Shown piece by piece: positions 12,931 to 24,800 of a stretch of DNA of 64,000 nt; the stretch's first letter is position 1, and each line of letters opens with the position of its first letter. The translations under genes were made by a program, and so were the position numbers. Origin of the DNA: Phoronis australis (Eukaryota > Animalia > Phoronida); NCBI GenBank assembly GCA_002633005.1, contig NMRA01000106.1:229655-293654 (forward strand), given 5' to 3'. The notes under the pieces are model-generated. The model was not told the origin of the DNA. It saw only the letters and a list, made by a program, of their open reading frames with translations, and did not search any database.

Positions 12931-15900
12931 TAAGACGACAGGGATGGAACTTCCTCGCCTGGAACCAATTTGACTGAGACTCCTTGGTAAACATGGTTAG
13001 CACGTCAATGAATTAAAGAAACAGATTTAATAATTTAGTAAAGGACACAATTTCGTTCTTTCGGTCGTTTTTGATAGTCATTGCGGACGTAAATAATGAC
13101 GAAACGCCAAATTCACTTGTTAGTCAAGCTATGTCTATCTGCCACAGTTATACTCAATCGGTGAGTCTTCAAAGTTATGCAGACATTATGAAAAGTTTAT
13201 GAAAAGACGACCAAGCAGCCGATTCCAAAAGAACACTGTTTCTTTGTTTCTGACAATAATTACTGTTAAAATAGGGTTGGCGTGACGGTACAAAAATCAG
13301 ACATTTTAAAATATCTTTTTTGACCGCAAGCTCCAGATGTGACAAACTTTGAGCAACATTTAGATGACATGTTCTAACGTTCCGTACTTGAATAGGTTCA
13401 CGTGGAATTACCAACGCAGGCACACTTCTTGAATTTTGATAATATTTTGAAATTATATGAAAATATACATTGTATTAATACTGTGAAGAACGTTATAAGC
13501 ATAAATAATGATGTGTGTGAGGGCAGCACCTACAGTATGGCAAGTTGAAGGTTGTCGTTTTACAGGAACTGTTATTAATGATACTGGGGTTGTATTTTTA
13601 CGAAGACTAACTGAGATGGTCTGCTACTTAATCTCTAGCCAAGAGCTATTTGTTTTATAACTTACACGGATCATATATATTTAATTTACTCCTTCAACTG
13701 AATTTTTTGGAAGGAGATGTACGTGTAACAGTACTTTAAATGGGAATTGTAGGTATGAAAAATTCGGTACAAGTTGGTACTCGTAGGCTCTTTTTTGATT
13801 ATTAGTCTTGAAATTTGATTTCAAGTTTCAAAATGCATGTTTGTGTGTGCGTGAATGTTTCAAACTAGCCATATGTATTCCTTCGTAATTGTTTGTTTGT
13901 GTTATTACAGTCCATAAAAATAATAAAGACTGTTGTAAACATAGTTTATGCAATTACAGAAAACAATGGTAATTATCTTTATTATAACAGAATGAGAAGA
14001 AATGTAACTATTATATTCAGTTTCAAGATAGTCGTCTGAAAGCAATTAAGAGCTTTGTTTGCAATTTTGTTATTGAAGTGTTCTAAAGCGACCTAAACTG
14101 CAATGCATCAATTTTCGAATGCCTCAGACATTACGTAACAAATGATGTAAACAACTTACAATTGCGTGAGGTATATGAGACAAGATACATCTAATGATAA
14201 AGATTAACGAGACATTCACCGTTAATTACACGTATATTGTAATGGCCCTTTAGGCGTCTGATCATTAGGTCTAATTGCATATACAGCTGCTCAGTGGGCA
14301 TCAAAAAGAAAATAGTATACCAACATGACTTCCGGCAACAAGAACGCAATTTATGAAACACAACTTCCGCGATCATGCTTAGTCACGAATTCACAACTTT
14401 AATTATCGGTTAGGCTGCTTTCTTTCAAGTCTGCGTTACTACGAGAAACAAGGTTGTTGTTCTATTGCATCCACATATACTTGTGAGCCAACACTAGAAT
14501 GTATTATTTTACTTCTATCCGATAAGAGATCTCTTTTCAGAATAAAAAATCTGTAGTAATATCGGACACCAAAAGCAAAGCCAAATGACCATTGCTTTTA
14601 TTTGACAACTGGGCTTTACATTGCTTTCCATTGGTAAATTAACACTTGGACGATTCGACGGCATAATTCCTGAAACCTTAACAGAAAATTTCGAGCACAT
14701 AAAAAGAACGGGGAATACTTGTACATTTAAATCAAAGCTCGAGACAATGACTTCAGCTTCTTAAACACTACACGTTCGCAACTAGGTCCAGAAATTGCGT
14801 GCAGGTTTGCAAAGTTATGACGCATCGTTGTGAGATAGTTATCAATGTGTAGTTAAAATGTCAGTGCCATTTGAAACAATACGTGTTTTGATAGTGTGAA
14901 TGGTTTTGAGCTATTTAATATCGTGGTTTAACTAACTGCCGTGGGTAATCTGGCATATTTTACTTTGAATCACTTTTTATGAAAACGATATGAAGACACA
15001 TGATAATTTGTTAAGGTCGACTCGAAAAATTCAAACACAAAAGGAATCCGCGGCAGAAAGGTTTTCTCCGCAGGGAAAAGGTTTCTTCCGCCAAGTAGGT
15101 CAAAATAGACCAGAAAGCGAAGTCAATCGGGGGATTGATCGCAGTTTACGTCGACGGTAACTAACGCGCAAGGCAGTGTGTTTTTAATCGAAATTGCATC
15201 TTGAGCGGAAGTGGTGTGTTTAATCCTGACGTCATCCAATGTGTTGGGCGTGGCACCGGAAGTTGATGAAAGTTGTTACTTTTCGATACTTTGAATGATG
15301 GGTAAATGTTGATTTCTATGTAAACTAGCACCAACTCTCGTCGTGGTCTCTTTCATTCCACCCTGTATTCCGTATCTACTCAGCAAATGCTGCGTTCGTC
15401 TAACCCACTACGAACTTGAATAATTTGCAGTGGAACAACACATGAGGTTGAGATATAAGGTCATATATATTATGACAAACTAAACTACTACACATGAAGA
15501 TAAATACAAAGAATATAAAAAACTAAATTACTACAGATAAAGATAAAGATAAACACGAAGATCACTTATAACTCCAAAAGTTATTTATACCGTATAAATA
15601 TCTAATCCAAACGACATTTTATAAAATCATCCTCCACAGCAACAATTACTTTATTACTACGGCGGTATGTCTGTATATTTAACTCCACTTCTGTAATAAC
15701 GTAGCTTAATTGTTTCCGCAACGACTTGTGGTTACATTATCTGCAATAATAATAATTCATGTGCAATGTTTACCTTTTGCCCAGATACTTTTTCGTTAAA
15801 TTCCATTTCTGAGCAGTGAATGTTATCTGTAGCGTATACGTATACCCATAAAATAAAATTCAAAATAGAAAAGTTTACCTTATAAAATATCCAATTCAAT

Positions 15901-18899
15901 ACCTTGCGTTGCTGTCAGTGTACTGCACTTGCCAATTGTCCCGCTCTTGGCGGAATATCCTACTTCTTGATTCCGCTTTCCAGCCATACCATCAAAAAGT
16001 GCCTTTTGACGAAGTCTACTGTAATTCCCTCACGACAAAGCACTATTTTTCCGCTCGACTAAAAAGAAGAAACGGTACGTTTCATGGGTTTTTGAGACAA
16101 CCGTGATTTCCCATTCGACTAAGAAAGAACGTCGTCGGGCGATTTTGGGTGTAACGTATTACGTTCGACAAAATCGCTGTCGAGATGTTTTCGTGAGTTG
16201 CGGCGAAAACTTCATCCTTGCCTTTTGGGATAGATCCAGATGCCCACGCTTTTCAATCCAGTTGTCCCGCTTTTTCATACTCGAATGTTGACATCTATGG
16301 AACAGGGGTTCATTTGTCTCTTCGTCATGAATATTGTTATTTTCCAGGGTCCACTTTAACATAAGAATCGCAAGAAATTTGTTCCAATGTCTCGTGCTTA
16401 CGGTAACACACACTGCATGTATCAGGAATACCAATTTTTACGTTCTGACGAAATTAATTTATTTGCAAACTATTATGGAAAGTCCTGCACTGCAACCTAT
16501 ATAATGACCTGTCCACAGTACATTTCATACCTATACACAACAGATAATTGCTCATTTTTTATCTATCAGAAAGCCTTTACCTGCGAATTTCGGATAGGTT
16601 ATTGGAGTAATTAGTTTACCACAATTTGCTAAATGTCACTGCATCCTGAATTTTCCTGAAGAACAGTATCAAGCAGCACCAAAGGTCCAATAAAGATGTT
16701 TAATTTTTGATGAATTCCTGACTAAATTCTTCACACAACTGTAAGGGTTCCATATTCTAAAATCTTTGTCTTGATATGGTAGAATTTTTTTTATTTCAAT
16801 GAAATTATTTCCCTGCTGGTTTAATCAGTCATTTATAGGCTATAACCTCCCTGGTTCATTATCCTTGTTCAGGGTACTATTACAGCCTGTTGCATTTCGC
16901 ATTTTCGTAACACTTCTGGTTTTAAGAATTGAAAAACACATGTTAATTGTTACTTACCATTCCCTGGACTGCTCAAATCAAAAAAAAATTGCGTCACGAG
17001 CTAGAATCACGTTCGATTAAATTTGACCAACAAACCAAAATTGTGTTGGTACATAATACTGTGATAGTAATTTAGCAGGTCAGAGCTTACAGTCACACAA
17101 TGGGAATCAGCAGTTGAAAGCTACACTATAAGTGTATTTTTTCTGAAAGTCAACTGTTTCTCCATTCGAAGATTTTCGGTGGTAGTATTTAATAAAAAAC
17201 AAATACTCTTCACGACATTTGTTGAACGTCGTTTGGAAATGTTATTTATAAATATCGGTTCGCGTCAGGCGCGCTGTTTACAACATAATTCCTGGATTAG
17301 GTGACCTTATCAAATGAATGTGGACATTGAGAGAGTTGTTCTGTGTGAACATTGGTTTGCTAACTTTCTCCACTTGCTATCATTGTTGAACTGATAACGA
17401 CACGACTGTAACCCGAAGAGTGAAATCGGGAAACACACCTACAGCGCGGGGGCGTAACGTTTCAAACCTGCCAATATGCGAAATATTATTATTTATGATT
17501 TAAACTATCGGTTGCTTTTGCTGATGAACAGTACAAATCCTACGCTAGCATTTACGCCCGTTTTGTTACGACCCCAACGCCTATAAGCGAACCGGCCAGA
17601 CTGTGCCACTAAACCGGTTCACAATTTAATACTCCGTTTTGCTTAGCATGACGCTGAAATAAATCTTTTCTCCAATTTCTCTTATAATGCATCGATTTTA
17701 AAAATTCAACAGCTATAATTTGATTTTCTAATTTAAAAACAGTCATGTTGGCCATTTGCCTTATATTTATTGTTCGGGTTTTGGACTTTGAAACGTTTAA
17801 AGGCATGTATACTATGTGTGTACAAGTACTGTACATAGCCTTTTACCCCTTACATATTAACTTCTCATTTTATATCGATCACTAGCACTTCTACCACTGT
17901 TTTGTTGTTAACCAATTTTATGACGATGCAAAATAAACATTTTACTACAGTACTTAACCCTTTAGTTATCTCTTCATTTCCATGCACGTTCAGCCAAGCC
18001 ATGAAACACGTGAAGCTCCCTTCTATCCGTGACGGCGCCATCAAGTAGTTTCGGATGACTTCGCTGGATACTCTGGGGAAGACAGTGAGCACTTTTTCGT
18101 CCAAATCTTGGTATAGCGTATTAGGCCTAATTGACTCATTGCAATGGGGGTTTCTATAGGCTGTACTGATCACATGTCTCTCCGGTTGAAAAGCACCGGA
18201 GTTGCAAAAATAGCTTTATTGACAGTAAATTTCATAAGAACAACCAACACTGGAACAAACGAATGCAAAAACAAATGCCTCGCATGTACGGCGCAACCTC
18301 ACCAGTAGACAATGACCATGGCCTCTGTTGGCCCGAACCAGCTGAGGCTTCTGGTTCGGGCCAACAGGCAGAGGCGATGGTCATTGCCTACCTCTCCAGC
18401 TACTAGGTCATGCCACGAAGTTGGCATTCAGTCAGGGCTCGAGTTCTAATGTTCCGAGACAGTTGCGACATCTGTCGGACCGGATATTACCTTCTGCTTG
18501 TGCACATACAATACCGCAGGTACCTTCTCTTTTGGCTTTGTTGGTGCTTATGTCAATGTTTGTAAATATTTTTATATAGTTTCATTGTGTGAAACTAGCC
18601 CTTCAACTTTTTTGTGTCCAATAAACTTTTATTTACTTTACTTTACTATCAGCCATCTGAACCGACTCACTCTGAAGTCAGTCATATAAACTCCACTCGA
18701 TCCTTGATTTTACTATGTGTGATTCAGAATGCCAAATCACGAAGTAAACATGAAAAACAACAAAAATGAAGATTTCACACCAAATCAGGAACCAAAACAG
18801 CCGTTGGCTTTGCACGGGGTTAAAAAAATGTGACTCGTGTCCTACAAGCGCTACCGTAATTCAAGCTACTTCCGGTTTCGCACAAAATATATCACAGGA

Positions 18900-21800
18900 A
18901 TGGCTGACACTAACGGCGTGCAGGTGCATGCCTGTGAAACTGCAGGTTGTGGAAAAGAAGCCAAGCTTCAATGCCCAACGTGTTTGAAACAAGGCATCGA
19001 AGGGTCTTATTTCTGCTCGCAGGTAGCGAATCGATCACCAATCTCTTCTATTCTGCCAAGACAAAGTCACTGTTTTAGTTTTGATCAGTTGACGGCTAGA
19101 CTGTGACTGACTCTGTCTCTTACTGTCAGAGTCTGACCATCAACCGACCAGGTCAGACTTAACCTGTTAACCGTTACAGTGTAACAGTTACTATGTTGAC
19201 TACGATTTACTTCGTAAACCAGTAGTTTCGTGTTACGTTCTCTATATGGACATAAATGTTTTCCCTAATTTTAAGACTGAAATGAATAATCATCGAATAA
19301 CGCCTGTTTTGAAATTGCTCGGGGCCTGGTTCTCAAAGTCAACTCGGCCTCATTATGGCCTAGACAGTACCTCCGTTGCAGCTGGCCACAGTAGAGATGG
19401 TGGCCATCTAATAGATACTCTGTACGCCCAAAGCTTTTCGGCGAATTATGCCTCACACTGATTAAAGCCAAAATCATGTTGCTGTAAGTACAGCACTGGT
19501 CGGATACAGCGGTCCTCGATTTAGAGAACCAGGCAATCACTGAATAACGGGCTCATTATTTAGTGGATGGAACTGGTTCTCTAAATCAAGGACCGCTGTA
19601 TCCTACCAGTTCCTAAGACTAAATACTCGTTGCGCATAGAGGGACTTTAGCAGATCGTTGACATATTTAACTGCAAGAAATATCCCTGCAATCATACACT
19701 TTTTCAAACAGTCTTTCATTCAGGTGCCCAAATCATCATCTGGCCATTTTTGCAATATTTGCGCCAGGTGATATGGTGTCATATCCCTTTGCGCGAGCAG
19801 TGTAAAAATTGATAGTTGCCGCGTTGTCATCCACAGCCTCCTACGTAGTTCCTCTATGTGCAAAAGGTACTTATAGCAGCATGATCGACTGATGGTGTAA
19901 TCAGTTTGAGGTATAATTCATTGAAAAGCTTCTGGCGTATGGAGGGCCAATTGGATTGCCACTGTCTCTCTATACTTAGGCCAGTTGAGACAGCGGTACT
20001 GTCTGCATGCCGGGGTCCTCATTTATGATCTTTGCTGTCAAGGGAAAGCAATGGGTACACCTGTGGTCTGGTAGCTGAAGGCAAATTAATCTACATTGTC
20101 ATTTGCAGTAATGTGCTGTCAAAAGTTACAGTAATTTGTGACTGAAAGTCCTGTACTATGTTTTTCTTAAAAAATTTGACATGGACAAGTCCCTTGAAAA
20201 GCAAATGTTTTCATCATCGTGGTAACATCGGTACAGTGTTGCCATGGCGATGGTGATACTAAATTCACATTTTAATCATTGCTTGATGGTCTTATCTTTT
20301 TCATGAAGTATTGTTGGGAGTTGGGACTTAATTGTCACTAATACAAACAGTGTCTACTTATGAAACATTTACAGCTAGATAAGTCTTTTTAGTCCACTTA
20401 TCACCAATATTGTTCATGAATTGAACATGTGCAAACATTTAGGTTTTTTGTGTAGATCAGTGGTTAGTGGACAAAAATTTGAGGCCGAGAATCAAGAAAT
20501 TTTGTTAAATGCGATCCATTGTTCAGCTGCAGAAACCAATGAGGCGATTGTTTTTTGCTCTCTGATTTACTGCCAGCCACATTAGATTTAGGCACATAGT
20601 AGTTACATTGTCGTCGCACTTCAGTACAATCCCAGGAATTCAAATTCTGTTCCTGTGCATCAGACTGTGCCCGGGCCTAGCATATGGTAAAACCTTAGTA
20701 TAAAAGGCGAGTGAGTCATTACATGCTCTGTATTCTTGGGATCGGATGGCAAACAAACGATGCAAGTGCAATGTGCTGGATAATTTTCCGAAGTTGATAA
20801 GCAACGCATTCATCTCCAGTAGTTTATTGGCTTCAATGTGAGCTATTGAATATTCCCTTTAAAAACACCTGCTGTCGTGCTGCGTCCGGTGTTTTTTAAT
20901 TTTCACCACTTTGACTTGTATGCTTTGTAGCATGCGCAAGAAGTTTGCAAATATGCCTCGGCATCTGATGATAATTTGCTACTTTACCCGGTTTTCTGAC
21001 TCAAGTGACGACCGCAGTGATAAGCGAGCTAAGGACTTCTGCCAGACTGTTACTTCTTTGATCAAAGTTGCCTAGATGGTCAGTGGATAACTTTGCTGGC
21101 CAGTTGCACAAAAGCTTGTTTTCTATTCCGTGACTGGGTTGGTTCAGATGTGCTCATGTGCATTGTCCTATCTAAATCTGAGACAGAGTGGTCAGATTTT
21201 AGAACGATTATGTTGTTTTGATTACTAGACCTGAAATGAATTCTGTATATTTAAAAAAACATTTATTCTTGCCTTCAGGAGTGTTTTAAAGGCAGCTGGT
21301 CCAAGCACAAGACAGTTCACAAAAAGACAAGTAAGTAATTTAATTGAAACTTCTTTCATGTGTCACATCGTCATACGCAGGAGCTTTTCTGAAAATTGTT
21401 TCTCAGTGTGTGGCTGAGTGAGTGTGTGGCTGAGTGAGTGTGTGGCTGGGTGAGTGTGTGGCTGAGTGAGCGTGTGGCTGAGTCAGTGTGTGGCTGAGTG
21501 AGTGTGTGGCTGAGTGAGCGTGTGCTAGTATTGCGATTCATTGTAAAATTCTCAACTTGCCTGGTTTTGGTGAGAAATGTCCTTTGTGTTGGTATCTCTC
21601 TTATGCCTACTTAATCAACCTAGGAGATGTTGTAATCTGAATAAAAACGGTTCAATACCAACGTTTTAGTTACGTGTAGTCTATTCTAACTGTTCATGAT
21701 ATCGAAAAACTGGGTAGATTTTGGTTTTATTCAAATCCAATGTCAGTTGGGCAGGACCGTGCTCACTCACTCTGAACATGATATCTGAAAAAGGCATTTA

Positions 21801-24800
21801 TGTTCTGAGAAGTTACCGTGGCTGGATGTATAAAAGTCATGTGTTTTTCAATTGGTTTAACAATGCCTCGTTTTTCAGAAAAACAAGAAGTTAACAGCAA
21901 TGTCTGGCCGGGGTACAATTTCACTGGGAGTGTACGGAAGTATAATATCGTAAGTTGCTCGAAGGCAGTTTTTTTTGAAATGAAATGAAATTAAACTTTA
22001 TTATAAATGGTCATCTGAATTGGGGAACTTAATTTAGGCAATCAATGCATTTGTTGCAAATTTGGAACACTTCACGTTGCTCCTAATTTTCCGCACATTA
22101 TGGAATATAACAACCAGAGCGTAAAAATTGAAACACAAAATAATGCAAGTGGCTGCAAAAATAACTCAGAAGTTGAGAAATAACCTACAACAGAAGACCT
22201 GTGTGCATGTGAATAGTTTTTGAAAGCTTTGGACAAATGACCATCATGACAAATAAATATCATATATCACACCTCTCCTAAACTGGTCAAAATTTAGGGA
22301 TATTTAGCTGGACACGTTTCAAAAGCATTCACTGTAATTCTCCTGTGTATGGTGGATCAACCTGGTCAGCTGGCTGAAACACCTGATTTATTGTCAGCTG
22401 GAAGTCGTCATGAATCTCAAGCCAAGCATATGTTTGGGAAGGCCAGTTCTGCTATTTGGACATAACCCATTGTGTGCAACATATTTGGGATGTAGTATCA
22501 CTAATGATTTTGTGACAACTGAAACATATAAACTCCATGCATTGTTATCTGTGTAAAACGATTGGGATTATTTGTCAAAGGACATTAAGTGGCTTTATCA
22601 CCAAAAATGCTTGTTTGGCGAATAACACTTCTTCAAGTTATTAGCTGTGAACACAGCTATGATTTAAAGCAGTTGTGTTTTTCTAGGATATTATCACAAA
22701 TCACCAATTCTGGCTGTTGTTTAGCAACATTCACTGATGTCATGGCCAGTGACTACCTATATGCTAAACCTACTCTTCTGCTTATGCCAGGAAAGTGTTG
22801 AGCTGCGACTGCCGTGGCTGTGGATTTGTTTCTTTGTTAAAGAGGATCTCAGATAACCACTTTTCTTAGTGATGACACTTAAATTCAAAGAGTTAACATT
22901 AACACAAAATTCATTAAACCTGTTAAGGAGAAAAGACAGTTTTTCTGAGTCAACACTCTTTATGAACATCAAATAGCCATTGATTTATTTATGATTACGT
23001 GGTCTTTGTAGACTAAGAAACGTTGTGTACCTGAACACATACCTCGACCGGACTATGCGACACATCCTGAAGGTTAGTATTATCTTGCATCTGGAGAATG
23101 TCTTGTTGCTCTGAATGTGTCTTGTTGCTCTGAATGTGTCTTGTTGCTCTGAATGTGTCTTGGTTAACTGCCCTGTTTTGTCCTTAACGGTTAGTGACAG
23201 GAATCAAAATTGGTGTTAATCGCCCTATTTTGTCCTAAACAGTTAGTGACAGAAACCAAAACTGTCAGTATCTGCTCTGCATAATGTTGGATTGTTGAGA
23301 CTCGTTGTGTTGTTGAGCGAGTAGACATGGAAGTCTTAAGCCAGTTATCATTAGTTGACATTTAGTAAATAGTGGAATACAAGTCACAGAGAAGTCATGT
23401 TGCTATTAATAGTAACTTTCGAGTTTAGAAAACTCTTTTGGGGTCCGAACATGTCTTTAAACCCATCCAACTCGAACGAATACTTCGGTTATTATGATTA
23501 CTTTCTGAATTTGTTGGTAAATGGCATTTTGCCCAGGTATGAGAGTAGCGACCCTGGTGGCCAGATTTCGAGCCCTGGCCCTGATGGATCACCAGTGTGG
23601 TACATTAGTGGTTGGCTCGCTCCCGAGTTAATAGAGATAGATCAAAAATATAAAGCTATAGACATGCGCTATAACGCAATCACTAAAAAATTGTCCGGTT
23701 CACAATTTCGTTGCCTGATCGAAAGATTATTAGGGCAAATGACAGTTGTGAGGGGTATTTATTCAAGCTGGACTAAGATAAAGTAAAGACTCCAACTGCC
23801 TCCAAAGGTGTCTATCTCCTCTCAGAATGTAGGTATAGTAATGTGACTTTGACAGTTTTGCTGGGGTTAAGGACATTGCAGAGAATCTGTGACTAAGAAG
23901 ATGCATTATGATGTGCCACCACCTATGTTTTCTTGATAGTCTGTAGTGTATTGAATTCAAATTTTCCTTATTTCTTGTTAGGAATCCCAATATCGGAGAG
24001 ACAGTATCGTGGCTCAACGTTCATCAAAGTTCTTAGTGATGAAGAAATTGAAGACATGAGAACTGCCTGTCATGTATGAAATAATACAATACTTTATAAA
24101 CGTTAAAGACTCTTTTCTCTGTTCAGAGCAGTTTCATTAATCATGTGTTGTCTTGGGAACATTTGTTAAATTACAGTCTTGCACACATTTGCATTTTTTA
24201 CTGGCAATTTGACTGCGGTCAAATTCCTTTTATTATGCGCCCACATATTTATATGTGGACGCATTATGCCGTCATCTCTGTCCATCCGTCCGTCCGTCCG
24301 GGCGGCGTCCGTCCGGCGTCCGGCGTCTGGCGTCCGGCGTCCACTGCTCTATCTCCAAAACCCTTTGACATACGTTCATGAAATTTGACACATATGTTCC
24401 ATTCATGAATGGGACGGCATGTGCGAACTTTCGGACGGATCCGACTACCGGTGTGCCCCCTAGTGGCAATTTTAGTTTTTTACGCTTACCTTTGTATCTT
24501 CAAAAGTCCTGAACGGATTTTCATGAAATTTGGTATGTAGGCACCTAGTAGTGAGATGACGCTATCCTGCCGTTTTCGGATGGATTCGACATAGTTTGCG
24601 CCACCTAGTGGCCATTTTTACTGTTTTCGAGTCTGTTTTTGTGCTTCCACCCCTCTATCAACCAAACCGCTCAAAGGATGATTGTGAAAATTGGCATGTA
24701 TGTGCTTACTATGTAGAGGACGGTTGACGATGATTTTCCGACGATTTCGACTACTGTGGCGCCTCCTAGTGGCAGTTTTGTTTTTTTTGCGCCTATGGCT

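Noticed and set aside
15560-18170. Possible LINE ORF2 C-terminal remnants on the minus strand (about 15600-15910 and 17960-18170)
   Set aside because: Only vague motif resemblance across frameshifts; cannot be supported without a profile search.
20590-20720. tRNA/SINE-like segment in METAP1 intron 1
   Set aside because: The A and B boxes are degenerate and no cloverleaf can be drawn.
23397-23786. 129-aa plus-strand ORF in METAP1 intron 4
   Set aside because: No recognisable domain, and the METAP1 reading frame is complete without it.
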